From the NCBI GenBank assembly GCA_000934665.2, contig KZ538637.1, positions 62,001 through 119,961 of the forward strand: DNA of 57,961 nt. The letters are read 5' to 3'. Origin of the DNA: Catajapyx aquilonaris (taxonomy: Eukaryota). The notes under the pieces are model-generated. The model saw only the letters and a list, made by a program, of their open reading frames with translations, was not told where the DNA came from and made no database searches. A program made the translations under genes and the position numbers. Below, piece after piece: positions 11,942 through 25,500 of the stretch. Positions within the stretch are counted from its first letter, which is position 1. Each line of letters opens with the position of its first letter.

Positions 11942-14900
11942 CGCGAAGTGAAATGAACGCAAAAATGGTGTTATAGAACGCGCCCCGTCATTGTTGTAAA
12001 ATGCTTCGCTGTTGTTAGCAACCGTCCCATTCCGTGAGCAAGATAGCGGCCGGGGCGCGTAGCCTATTTATTCCAGGCCGCTCAAGCCGCTTTGTACATG
12101 GCAGTGATGCCACCAGGTCGGAATTATCTGTCACCCGAATTCGGCACATGAAGGCCCCCCTTCTCCACCTCAATGGCCTACAGCCGCCTTCCGAAGGCTT
12201 TCCGTCGTGTCCGCGGTTAATTCAAAGTCAAATTCCTCATATCTCGCAGTCAACCAGGCATTTCAGTGTACCCTTTCGATTGGCACCACCCGGCCGGGGC
12301 ATTTTTCCCGCCAATTTTAAAGGCACTTTTAAATGTGCCGTAATTTATCCAGTAATGTCATTTTGATGCAACAAAGTGATGGAATGTATGTTTACAGGCA
12401 TGGGCTAGCTAGTTATGAACAAAAATCCCAAATCCCAGACCAAGGCTACTTCCCCATTGTCTGGTAACTTGGCAATTTCATAAACATTCCTACAAATCCA
12501 CCTTCCCAAATTCCAATTATTGTTGACCCTCTAGGAGTACGTCTTATTGCCAGTTGCGCTCCTCGCCATTAAAAATCCTTACACACAATTCACTCACGCA
12601 GCCTTATCCTTAGCCACACGGAGGCAACTAATCAAAAAGACAAAGTGCAGCGTAATTAACCTAATTTCGGAGAATCCTGACCTCAACCCTTCGCTTTTTC
12701 GTACACGTCAAAACATATTATGTCGAGTGACGTCATTCCACGTGCCACCAAGCACGCCTCTTGGCTCATTCCTAAGGCAATTTATGCCCCGAAGAAATGA
12801 AGTGTTTCCTCAGCCTTCCCCTCCACGTTTTCTTCCCCCTCCCTGATTACTGGGAGACGTAAGAAGAGTGAGATCAGGTCCAGCCCGAACTCATTTGCAT
12901 GTCGCTTGGAATCGGCCGGTGGAGAGCCACCCCCTCCTCCTTCTTCGCCTCCCCCCACCTTCTCCCCCTTCCTTCTTGAGTCCTCCCGCAGGCCCAATCT
13001 CGATGCTTCCATGGCAACCAGATGAGAAGCTGCGGTTCCCTCCCCCTCTACCCCCTCGACGTCGTCGTCGTCGTCTGGTGTAGCCCCTTCCGTCAAGCCA
13101 CGGGGACTTATATGCAAAAAATCAATTTGACTTGTTTTCGATATTGAAATGGGGACGGGTTGGGAGAGTGGTGAAGGGATGGAAGGGGGTGGAGTGGGTA
13201 GAGCCTGAATAAGGAGAGGGTAGTTTCAGGGTTTTTGGTCCCTGCTCTGTCCGATATTAGTTTGACAATAATACAACACATGTCGAAACAAATGGGAGAG
13301 AATTTTTTGACATATCGTGGAAATACAAGATTTGAGCAGTTTTGAGCCCCGTATGGTTTGGTAAGGTCCATTTAGTCTTAAAGATTCATAGTGAGCCAGC
13401 AAGCCATAATTTTCTGAATTCACTGACATGTTAACAAGTGCATGGATACTGGGTGATCTCAAAACGGGCTTTTTTTGGACTTTGTATTATATATGCCCAC
13501 TCATTTTTTTTTGCTGTTTACAGCAGTTTTGTAGTTTTGAATGCAATTAGGTACTTAGTCATCAAAAAAGTGGTAAACAATTAGATATTTTTGGGGGAAT
13601 CCAACCCCAGGAGATTTATATCAAAAAAGTGATCAAAGTGGGTCCCTTTTGGATTCAGGGATCAATATGAGAAAATTTCACTCGTGCCACAGTCGGGCTG
13701 GAGAGGAGGACGGGCCATCTGTGTTCTCATTAAACGATGACCCGAAGCTTATTAAAAGTAAAAGGAACTGGGAGAAGGAAGCAATATCCCTCCCCCTCTC
13801 TCTCCTTTTCCTTGTGTCTCCGCCCGCCTTTTCCTCTTTTCTCTTTTCCAAGCCCAGAAAGCAGGGCATATTACGCAGCTCGTAATTATTGAATCCTGAT
13901 TGGAGGATCGCATTTCTTCGTCTCCGATTCTCGCGGGATCCACTCCGGATTTTATTTTCTCCTCTAACAACAGGGGAACTCCCCCCCTCCTCCTCCCACA
14001 AAAAAATGGGAGAAAAGGGGGGATGGAGAAAGTACGGCAAATTCTTGCTTCTTAGCTTTTTCTCCCTCCGGTTTTTGCCCCTTCTTGTGACCGCAGGAAG
14101 AATAATTTATTCATCTGGGCCTCAGCGCCGCTGGCCCAACTTTGATAATTTGGCACTAGTGAATTTCTATTTACGACCATGAATACAGGCAGTCAATAAT
14201 TTTTATGGCCGACACGATTTGGCGCCGAAATGAAACGCTAGACCAAGGCCTGGTGACGCTCCGGACCTTCATATAATTATGATCAGCACTACATGTGCAG
14301 CATAAGGAATGCAATAGGCGCATATGAAGTTTTGATTGTAACACCTTGTATTAAGAGAGAATATTGTGTAAAAATTGACTACTTTGCATAATATTTTCAA
14401 ACCAGATTTTATTAACGCAAAATTAATGCAAGTAATTATTTTTTTGCAATCTTAGACAAAATTTTATTATTGTCTATTTTGGAAATGCAGTAATAGGAAA
14501 ATCTGCAATTGTGCGTAAATTAAATATATATTATAAAACCATTATAAGTTTCAAGGCAACCGTTAATACTAAATAACTGCCAGAATAAAAAATGTAGGTC
14601 CGCTATAGTTGTAGACTTAGAATCACTGGATCAAACTTGCTCTCAACTCTAAAAATAAATGAACTCGCCGAGTTATGAATAATAAGCTCCCTGAGCTAAT
14701 GGGTCCGATAAACTTTGTACTGTACATTTGTTCGTTTGTTTATGTAAGAAGTTGTTCTAAATTATTTTTAACTAATATTTGCTGGATATGAGCAATTACG
14801 AAGCAATAAATGTATTTCTGGGCAAATTTCTTTCAATATAATAATCCCTCCCATGTGATAAAAATTAAAAACAAGCGTGCTATTACCTGGCCTTTGAAAG

Positions 14901-17367
14901 GAGCATCTGACTGAGACTCCATTATTATCACAGAGTAAATCACGGAGTTAATCATATAACAGGTTAACTGTAACTGATAAATACATCACTAAATGTGGTC
15001 AAATAGTTCAATTCAGTTTACTATTGTAAAATATAGCTACAATTCTGAAATAATTTACAAGTTCAGCGCAAATAATGAGCAAGCAAGCATGACCTTGTCA
15101 ACAGTTGGCGGACGATCAGGTGTGCCCAGGCGCAGACAGTGTTCACACTTGCGGACTGGAACCCCGAATCCGGAAAGAAAGCCATCTGCCGAAGAAAAGA
15201 AAAGTATGGAAAACGTTTGCTGATAACTGACTTAGAAGTTTCACAAAACACAGGTCACTCACAGAAAATAAAAACCATGTAGGCTATGTGAGACACGGAT
15301 CAAAACACTGCCATTTTGGTCGCTCATATTTGAACTTGGAATCAGCACTCAGATTCGTGGGATTGCTTTCTGACGTCAGTGTGATCCATGTTTGTGACCT
15401 CGATGTAGTAAATTGCAATGATCAGTATATGTTTCGCTTGAGCCAAGGTTCACTTGTTTTTTACATCTACAAAATTTCGATGGGATTTCCCACTACTTTA
15501 GTGGATATTCTAGAGGAGAGGTTTTCTTCGATTTCCTTCCATTCTTACAATTTAAGATGAGTCAGCTATCAGAAGCCTATCTCTGGCAACTGAAATGTTA
15601 TTACAGTGAAATCTGTGTAAACCGTAGACTCAGGATGCAGCGGAAACTTGCCCATTACGGAACTTGTTTTTGAACCAGGATTTTCAGTGCATTATAAGTC
15701 ACAAATGACTTAACCCAATGTGTTCGTTCAGGGTCATGAAAAATTTTGCGAAATCAAATGGCTTTGCTTAAGATAGGCTTTATGGTATTATTATTTGATA
15801 GTTGATAGGCATGTCTAACACGTTATAATATTATACTAGTACTGACAAAACTTACCAGGATATTGGAAATGTCATGTTTCATATTCATATAAGTATAGGG
15901 CCTACAGAACTTTAATAATTCCGGCCCAAAGTTTTCCCATCTATTTTTTACTAGTCTTTCTTTGTTATGTGACATACAATTTTTGCCAATTTGGTAAATA
16001 ATTTATTAGGGAAAATAAACAGCAAAGACTTGACCTCTAGTGCTTTTTTATTTGGTGGGAGACTGGGAGTGAGGTAGGATGGGGAGGTAACCTTCGCCCA
16101 CCACAAAAAAAAAAAATGGAGTGGCGGGGTAATAAACCAAACGTGATAAAAAAGATTATCTGGACTGTAGAATAAATAATTATGAATCGTAACAATGGTG
16201 TTAGGCAGACACCAAAGTTGAAGTTGATTTGATAGTTAACAACTGAAATAAATATGATGACACCTTGGATTGAATTTCCGTGGGGTCTGGTAAAAATTGC
16301 TGCCATTACGTTTATATATTAGTTAACAGGACATTAATGTTAATAATGAGTCTGAGGGGCCACACAAACCTGAACACAGTATTAAAATTAATTACAAAAA
16401 ATCTATCATGGAATTTTAAAATGTTATGGCTCGCGGGACTTTTTCTGAAATTGCTACACTTCGATGTATACAACATTTAACGGTGTTATTTATAAATAAA
16501 TAAAAATGTCACGACATGATCTATTTAGACCTAAGTCCAATGTGCTACGATAGAAAATTTCAATTCAATTAATGTGAAATGGTTTTTAAAATCCCTGCAT
16601 TAAAAATGCACAGAAAATTCGACATCTGCAAGCCGTGATAAACATTTTAAAAATCCCGTGGAGGATTCTTTGTAATTAATTTTAACGCTGTCTTCGGAAC
16701 TGAGTCGCCCATCAGGTTAATAATTAAAATTAATGTCCTGCTAAGTAACATAAACGTATGGTGGCAGCAATTTTTACTAGACCCCACGGAAATTCACTGT
16801 CCAAGGTGTAATATTTATTTCAGTTGTTAACTGTCAAATAAACTTTAACTTTTGGTGTCCCCTAACTCCAATGTTACGATTCATAATTATCAATTCTAAA
16901 GTCCAGATAATCTGAAGATTTTTTATCACATTTTGTTTATTACCCTCACCACTGCACTTTTTGGGGTGGACGAACTACACTGAGGTTGGGTAAGAAGTAG
17001 TATAGGCCTACCCTATCCTTACATGTACTGTACGTAAGGATAGAGTACACACCCATTAAAATGGCAGGACAAATATTGTATCTGACTAATTCGTACTAAT
17101 ATTAACGAATAGCTTCCAATTTGAACTGGATGTCCATCCAGGTTGAGTTACAGATATTTTTCTGTCGTGTAGTGACGCGGCTGTGCTATTATGATTTTAA
17201 GCGGAGTAGTTTGATCTACGCTAAATCCATCAAAACTTACCAATTTGCAACAAAATATACAAAGAAGCTGAGGAACTTAAAAAGAAATGAAAAATACAAG
17301 AATTGCACTTATCCTGTGCACTTCAGGTGAAGTTTAAGAAAAATATTCTATAAAATGTCAGGATATA

Positions 17368-17579
17368 CAGGGTGTCTCAACTTTATTGACCGAACAGTTA
17401 TCAGATAAGCCTATGTATCTTCTAGCTATGTAGCCAGAATATGCCCCAACATTCCTGGCACATCCCTCAACTGATAAAGCCAAGGGAGCATCACTGGTTG
17501 CAAGTCACTGCTAAATAAGAAGCACCTTAGTGCAATATTTCCGATAATTGTTCGGACAAAAAAAAGTTGGGACACCCTG
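17368..17579. mobile_element. Tc1/mariner-type MITE (212 bp), a second family
   Basis: Imperfect TIRs of about 38-40 bp. The left reads CAGGGTGTCTCAACTTTATTGACCGAACAGTTATC and the reverse complement of the right reads CAGGGTGTCCCAACTTTTTTTTGTCCGAACAATTATC. TA flanks at 17366-17367 and 17580-17581. Confidence 0.85.
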
Positions 17580-20500
17580 TATATGGCCTATAGTGTGAAG
17601 CTGCTGTAATTCTTCTTGTGCAACGAGAACTTGTCAGTCATTTAATGCCACATTTTTAAACGAAAACTCTTCTCTTATTAAAAACATGCCGTGTGTTTCT
17701 AACGAAGTATCCGTTTCAGTTAGCACCGCACATTATTATGCAGTTGTATTCTAACGGTAATTTTCTGTTATAGGTGTTCAGGTCAAAAATGACAAAAATT
17801 AGGGTTTTCCCACCACACCCCTCAATTCTGGTTTTCACAAGGGTAACCGTCATGAACAAAGTCACAGTAACAGTAGGCCTATTGTCCAGTGTGATTCAAC
17901 AACACCACCACCACCACGACATTTCCCTATAAGGGGTAGTCAGCGATGACGGGAGCCACAACCTAACCCAAAAATAATATGAACCAAATTAAAACTTGTA
18001 AAAATCAACCTATAAACCTATCCGGCCCCCCACCCCTGCCCATCTCAGACGACAAACTCTCAATATTAATTTTTAAATTTAAATATTACACGACTATGCA
18101 ACGCGGTACTTGAGTGTGATTCAACACAGAAAAATAATTTCTAAGTGGATTTCAAATAATAGAGCGCGTTATTCGGATGAGACAAGATACAGTTAATATT
18201 AATCGCAATGTTTGTAATATTACCGTCTTCAATGTGGATGTTTCAACCATATTAATCGGATTATGATCACTCGCTATATCTCCTAGCTGCTAAAGATTCT
18301 TTTTTTTCCGCTAATATTTGCATAAAGAGGAAGCGAAGAGGGCACCTCCCCTCGACTCCCTCCCTCCATTCTCTTGTAAACAGTTGGACTGTACTTTCCT
18401 CCTCGTCCCATGAAAAATGCCTTCCAGAAATTCTCTAGAGTTTTCCAGTCGCGATGCTGAAAATCTCGTAGTGTTTGCCATTCTAACACAATTTATGGAC
18501 AGAAGGCATATCTGGATCTTGGGAATTGGAAGAAAGATCGCCACGTGGATATTCCCCCCCCCNCCCCCCCCCCCCCTTCATTTTTTGTACTGTTAAAAAG
18601 TGGGTGGGTAAGGGAAGGATCTCATTACATAATGACATATCAAGGAGTAAATTGCACGTATTTTACGTTCAGTTAAGTCAAAAGATTTTTGATACCGTAT
18701 TTTTTTGTTTTCTAATATGAAAAACAGGGCTGAACTTTGGAGGGGAAAGAAGGGCTGGAGAGAGAGCAGGTGTGGATCGATTGGGGAGCTATACTGTGTA
18801 TATGGTATCGAAGGGGGGTTTCATATTCATAACGTATCCAGTAGTGGGCGGGGAGGCATCCAGGGGAGGGGCCAATAGAAGGGGGAAAAAAATTGGCTGG
18901 TCAGGAGATTGACGATTGGCGATTGAGGGCACAAGGGCCACGCACACTACTCGTGCCATCATGAATTTTGAGAGCAGATGGGGACGGACTTTTTCCATAT
19001 CCGAAATGCCACTTCAACTTTTCAGCGCCCTTTGTTGATGTGTATGGGCCCTTCCAATGTTCAGTTGGAAACTGGAGGATGTGGATTGGATCCTTATGAA
19101 TGGAAATGAAATAGGAAACATTTCTCAAGAGTTATGCGATGAATTTACGTGGCCAATGCTGTTTTACGATGAAACCTTTTAACTACAACGTCACAAGAGA
19201 TGGTAGGAGGGGGGGGGGGTCTTTATTTGGAGGTAGAGGACCACAAATCCCATTTGGTCGAAAAAGGGGGGGATGGAAAGGCGGACGAATAAAAAAAATA
19301 TGAAGGGTGTGGGCGCCAACCCAACTGCCAAGACGTCAAAATCGGTAAGTCTGCNCCCCCCCACCACTCTTTCTTGACTTCAGTGTCGGGAGGTAGAAAG
19401 AGGGAGAAAAAAAAGTTGGTCAGATAGAATGGACACGGCGGAAATAACACGACTATAGAGCTCGTCTTTTGTGGCAGGGCTTTTGCCAAAGGCGATTTCC
19501 CCTCGGTGCCAGGAGAGAGAGAAAAAAAGTCGACTTTCTTATTCTTGGGCGGTTCCAGTGAATCCCCGATAACTCCTCTTCTAAGGGACATTGGGATGGG
19601 AGGGATTTTCCCCCCCTATCCAACCCACCCACACGAATAAGGTCGAGTCCGGCCCTAGGTCTGTTTTATCAGCGGCTTTGACACTTCGTCAGGACTGGGA
19701 AGGTGTCCCAGTCACCAATCCCTTTTTTTTGTAGGCCAACCTTATCTTGCCTGCACCAGGAGATCGGGAAAAGTCTCTCAGGAGGAACTCTTCTTTGGTC
19801 AGCAATAGACTATCTGTAAAAGGAAATGTGTCCAAGGCATTTTTATCCCAATTTGCCGCATTAGAGACACCGAGGGTGGTCAATCTTTTTTTTTTATTCA
19901 GCCACGCCTGGTCCAGCCTGTCCAGCAGGTTTTCACCTGACCCCACCCATCCAGGTCAGCCTTCGGTAAGCAGTTGATTACCATATGCAATACACTCCGG
20001 GTTGTGCCTCGGAGCGTTTGAGGTTTTTTGTATCGGTGGAAAGACGAGCCACGACTCAATCGCAGCTGGAGAAGAGAAAAAGAAGGCAGCAGGCGTGGAG
20101 TGTAACTTCACGCGTGTTTGTCCTCGCTTTTGTTGAAGGCCCGTGCCATCCTATTCACCAGACTCTTCACGCCGATTTTGAACCGGTTTTTTGAAATGTT
20201 GCTCTCCTATGTTTCTTGCTGGATGGGATGCTGGTTTGATGTGCAGACTTATTATTTTCTAATATAGCGTAGTTATTTGGGGTAATGAACGTAATTATGT
20301 AATTAACTCATTTGGTGGTGCTTAATTGCGAAAGTTTAAAGTTTGTGAAGTGTTGAGGCTTTAAAATTGTGTATTGGTGTGGCTCTATTTTTACATTGTA
20401 TAAGTGCTATAGTTTGTATCAAATAAAAGCATTATGGGTGGCAGTTAAAATAAATTTTTCGTAGCAAGGCAATTATTTTGGCATATTCCCCGCCCATCCA

Positions 20501-21089
20501 AAGCCTATATGAATTAGTGGACCCGGAGCAGGGCTATACATAGACATATAAATAAATAAAAATCCGCTTTTCACCCAACATGCCGGGGCAGAATTGCAAT
20601 CCCTACTCTGCCCAGGGCCAGGAGAAAAGGTCTGGTGTATTTCAGAAAGTCAGAAATGACTAATTACAGTGCCCTCCCTTGGGAACCTCCCCCTTCCCCC
20701 TAAAAGGGTTCCGCCCTATCACGGGGTATTTAAAAAAAATTAGAGACAACTGATATGTTGGACTAGGAATTAGTGTAGTTGTTGACCCATTGGCTAAGGA
20801 AGTTCAGTCACCCGGTGCCTACATTTACTTGTTAAAAATTCCTATTTTGATGTCTGGGAACTTTCCTTACAAACATCCGAATGATTCAAATAATTGGATC
20901 TGCCTGTGCCGGGAAAAGTTTGCCGATCGTATAACCTTTTGGAGATACTGTGTATATACCATTCATATTTTAACCTCTGCGTGGCCTGACCATCCACCAG
21001 AGTGTCATTTTGTAGGTCATACGAGGGGGACAGGGGCAACCTGTACTCCGCTGGCTACCCCTCTATGGGATTATTTTGCCGTGAAGTAA

Positions 21090-21107
21090 ATGATGATGAT
21101 GATGATG
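21090..21107. repeat. (ATG)6 microsatellite
   Basis: Direct reading of ATGATGATGATGATGATG. Confidence 0.9.
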
Positions 21108-21361
21108 ATATTTTAATAAAGATGTGTAGAGAGATTGAGCGTTGATAATAAGACCTGAAATTATTATTATTAATTAGGATATTAAGAAATACTGCGCAAC
21201 TTCATGGATATACGTATAATCGTTTTAGATCAAGCTGGGATTGTGAATGCACTCTTGTGTATAGTTTGCCTACCTGACGTATCTACCAGTATTTAGCATA
21301 ACTGTAACTCATGTTCTGACTTGGATACGGAAAAATGTACCCTATAATTAATTATCAGTTC

Positions 21362-21605
21362 CACTAGCTCACGTCCTGACTTTAAAACAGGACATCGATA
21401 AAAAAATTCCGGCTTGACACGGGACATTTTGTGAACATTGCAGCCACTGAAGAAAAAAACGCGACGGTGGAATCACATGACCGCTTTACAAGCTAAAGTT
21501 ATGGGCCCCAAATGAGGGGGTAAGTCGTGTAATGTTCACATAATGCCCCTTCTCCAAGCCGACATTTCTGATCGCTATTCTAGTGTTAAATCAGGGCCAG
21601 CAGTG
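21362..21605. mobile_element. Fold-back/MITE-like element with long (about 75-bp) degenerate TIRs
   Basis: CGGCTTGACACGGGACATTTTGTGAACATTGCA (21410-21442) matches the reverse complement of about 21528-21561 (CGGCTTGGAGAAGGGGCATTATGTGAACATTACA). Similarity extends outward through CCTGA(C)TTTAA / TTAAATCAGG. The outermost words are CACTA and CAGTG. Confidence 0.7.
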
Positions 21606-22540
21606 TTGGGGAAAAGTTAGCATTTTTTCCTGCCTCAAAATCGAAACATGCTATAGTGTGTGAATATTAGGGTGACAATGTGGTTATGTGGTTATCGCCA
21701 CAGCCTTCCACCTCCTATGCCATGTGAATAAATATCGCCATAATTGCATGTCATAAAACTACTGGGTGGTTAGGACCCAAATGTTTTCACCGCAGAAAAA
21801 GTGGCACCAATTTTTAATCAGTATGGAATTTATATGACATTGGTCGTTATTTATACTAAAATTTGTTATCAATTATTACCTGGTTATATCTGTCCCTTCC
21901 TCACTATTGTTGCAAACGTTCATTATGTAGACAACCACATGATGCTTGTACTTGCTTTAGCCAACCTCTTTAGCCCGCTATGCAAATGAGGCGCCAAATT
22001 CCAAACATGCCGCGCGTTTGGAAATGACAAGACTGCAACTGGTAGAGTCAGACAAGAGAAGGACTTGAATGGTTCGAGTTGACCAAAGTGAGGGTTTTGG
22101 ATGAGTCCGATCAGGTAGGGCGATAAAGCTGGGTGGACGCCTCTGGAGAGGGCCACACGGCCTGTGTGCTGGGTGCATCCAAGGGCCACTCTGGCCTCTC
22201 CAGACCCAATGCGGCCTTGCTTTTCTGGGCGGGGTTGGCCTGCTGGGAAAAAGGAGGGGGCAAGCAATACCACAACAAACCCTCTCTTTTTGCCACATCA
22301 GGGATCCACTTCAAACCAAACAACTGCCTTCTGACGGATACGAGCGCCACTTTTTTTTTTCGGTCGTCGATACATTCAAGGAGATGGCAAATCAGAACCG
22401 GGATCTATTCTATTGAGTAGTTGTATACATTTTAATATGCAAATCAGTGGTAGAAAATGTTTGTGAATTTGCGAATATGTTATGGACGCTATCAGATGTT
22501 AGAGAAAATATGGGTTTGTTTTTTTTGGATTATTTTGGCA

Positions 22541-22579
22541 TTTGTCCACAGCATTGGCGCCAGAAACACTGTGGACAAA
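22541..22579. repeat. Inverted repeat with 11-bp perfect arms followed by an A-run
   Basis: TTTGTCCACAG (22541-22551) and CTGTGGACAAA (22569-22579) enclose a 17-nt loop containing the palindrome TGGCGCCA. Confidence 0.8.
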
Positions 22580-25500
22580 CAAAAAAAAAAAAGTGGGGCA
22601 TAAATCAACTTTGGTGCGATTCGCAGCAATAAACTCTTTGTAAACGATAACAAGTCCGAAATGTAGATGCCGTTGGCTACAGTCCAGCAACGTTAGGAAA
22701 CTTGAACGAAAAACAATGGAATTTAAATTTGGTTTGTTATAAAGCTGATATGAAAATAAAAAAGGATAAACCCCCTTCATCTGAAAGCCGCTCCGAAGAC
22801 ATTTGAGTGACAAATTAAAATTTGTAGCAAAGTTTCATTGTTAAAAAGGGCATGCAGGATTTTATGTTGCTGCCGACGTGTCTTCTGCAGCTTTCATTCC
22901 GGCTTTTATTGCGTCTTAAAACACAGGAATTCCTGTCACAACCATTGGACTCGTGAGGGAAGCTGCTTACACTACGCGCATGTCACTTAGGATTGACCTT
23001 GTGTACTTAAAACTTTTTTTTTTTCGTTAGGAAGCCAAATGATATCGTGGGACTCAGCTTTGCACAACATTTCTCGCCGTTAGGCCCTAGGCCTACTAGC
23101 AATTTTTTTCCCTTGCATAATCCTGGGTCCTGCCTTAAGGGAAGATTCCCGTGCAGGGGTACCCTATTTTGATACCACCCGAACCTAACCCATCCCATTT
23201 TGAGACCAACCCAGCGGCGTCATCTCCCAACACCAGCTGTGGGGCGCACCAATCTTATTATTATATTTTTTTTTTCAAAATTTTTTACCCCGACCCACCC
23301 TACCTTTACGCTTTGCTACACGACTGGAAAGGGTGAAAGAAGTAAAGGGGTGAAGCGGTGGGTCCTCTTTTGGGGGTCCCTCTCCCTACCCCTTCCAACC
23401 CGTCCGGGACACCTTGCTGTATTGATATCTGGAAAAAAAAGGGGTGGCCTAAAAAGGAGGCCAGCCGAAAAAAAAAGAGTGGCCAAAAAGTTTCATGTCA
23501 TGCGTCTTTCATCCTAATTTCCTTTCCTATTCATCCCTAGTCCGGAACCCCCCTCTTCTACGGGACGGCTGCAAGATCATTAGGAAAAAAAGGTGAGCCA
23601 AAAAAAAATGAATATGGTAGTAGGCAAAAAAAATGTTGCACCCACTTTGAATCTCCCTCCACCCCTGTCTCCATACCCCCCCCCCCCCCNCTAATCATTC
23701 ACAGGCCGGTCCAGGTTGGCTAGGTTAGGGTACAAAGGGGTATGGGGGACTTCAGTTTTCTGCCGCCTGGTCCAGTGTGAAGATGGAAGTTGTGCGAGAG
23801 TGGTAGTATTTTGGGGCCAGTTGGAACCGTTTCTTGGAAGCTGAAAGATGTGAGGGGTGGGAGGGGGTTGGAAAATGGAGCGGGGGTGTGGGGGGTTGGG
23901 AAAGGCGATGTTAGCGGTGCTTTCCAGTGCCTTATCAGCACTCCAGAGATTGCATTAGGGAGACAATTTGCTGAGTTGGGAAGATGGAAGCCGAGAGGAC
24001 GTGCCCAGGCATATCTTAAGGGCCGTCTGGAATCGCCTGACTTTTTCACCCGAACTTGGGAAACGCACAGGTACATGGCCCTATTTTTTCTTTCGTCTGT
24101 ATATGTGTGAGTGCCGTTGCAATCAGTGACGCGAGTGTCACCCATGGAACCGGGGAGTTGTCACCAGGTGGTTTCCATGTGAGCCTGGAGAGTAGCGCCA
24201 GTGGCCGCGATGGGAGTCTCGCTCTTGTTGGATTTATTAATCATTGGGGTTTTGGGTATGGAGCAAGCGCTGGGAAACACTGGCACCATGCGCAGGCGTC
24301 CCCACGACGCCGACGACGTTCTTTTTCCCACCCTCCCAGATGTGGAAGGGGACTAAGGGAAAAGAATGGCGTCCACGTATAGCTCGACATTTTCTGTTGG
24401 TAGCGGCAGGTTCACTGTCGGCTATCAGGAGCCGCTATATGATTCATGGTTTGCGAGTAAAGTTTTGTCTTGTTTACAGCGCTTGTTGCGTTTGTCTACG
24501 GCAAGGTGTAAACACCCGAGTATATCCATTATGGCTTCTCTCGAAACACCTGCCAAGTCTTGAATCTTTTTTGGTGTTGTGGGACTCAAGGCGGTAGTTT
24601 GAGTCACGTGGTATATAACTTAGATATCATTTCCGTCGTTTTGGTTTGGGGGGCTAATTATGGGGGGGAAATCTTTAGCGGTGCAATAGCCACCTAGGGA
24701 TGTTGTGCCCATAAGGATAATGACAATTAGGCGGAGATAATAAGCGCATTTCGGGAGGCAAAGTAGCTATTTACTGCATTTTATTATGTGACAATTGTAA
24801 ATATTTTAAGCGTCAATGTGGATGCAAGAGGGCGGTACCAAATTTATTACTCCTTCCAAAGGAATATTTTATTAGTTTTGTGGTGGCCGAGTTAACGTGC
24901 TTTGTAAATTTGAGCAGAGAGATGTAAAATCGTAAACAATTTCCTGCCCCTTCAGGTAAATATATGGAGAGCGTAGGAAATGTTAAGATATATATTTGTA
25001 AGCAACTTTATGGTGAAATTTACTGTTTTATAACGCAATAACAGAACCTTGGTTTAAATAACCAATTATATTCCAGTTATTTGTTAAAAATTGTGGGCAA
25101 TTTGTATTTCACCCTTTTCCAAATGATATTCATTTTACACCAAGGAAATATTCATTGGCCTAATATTAGAATTTCATATAGACAAGTCTAGTTTCCCCAT
25201 TCAAAAATAGTTTTTTAAAAGTTCACCATCTAGAATGGCTATAGTGTGTCAAATCACTCTTGCGCTTACAAAATTATACCTATTGGTATAGCATCTAGAT
25301 AAATGCTAGAAAATTCTCGTTCAATTAGTTTGAATAATGCACTTATAACGACCGCGAAACAATATTAAAAGGAGTCATTATAACAATTGGTACATTGAAA
25401 TTAATCAAATAACATTCCCACTTAGTCCCCTAAAGATCTCAATTAAAATTCATTTATGGCGCATATAAATTAAACAAGCTAACCATATTATATAGCACAC

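Noticed and set aside
20529..21064. Fragments resembling hAT-type MITE ends (..TTCCGCCCTA, ..CTGGCTACCCCTCTA)
   Set aside because: No matching partner TIR or 8-bp TSD. Too degenerate to call.
24600..24633. AP-1/E-box/TATA cluster (TGAGTCACGTGGTATATAA) as a core promoter
   Set aside because: The nearest Inr-like word is only about 15 nt from the TATA, not the expected 25-30.
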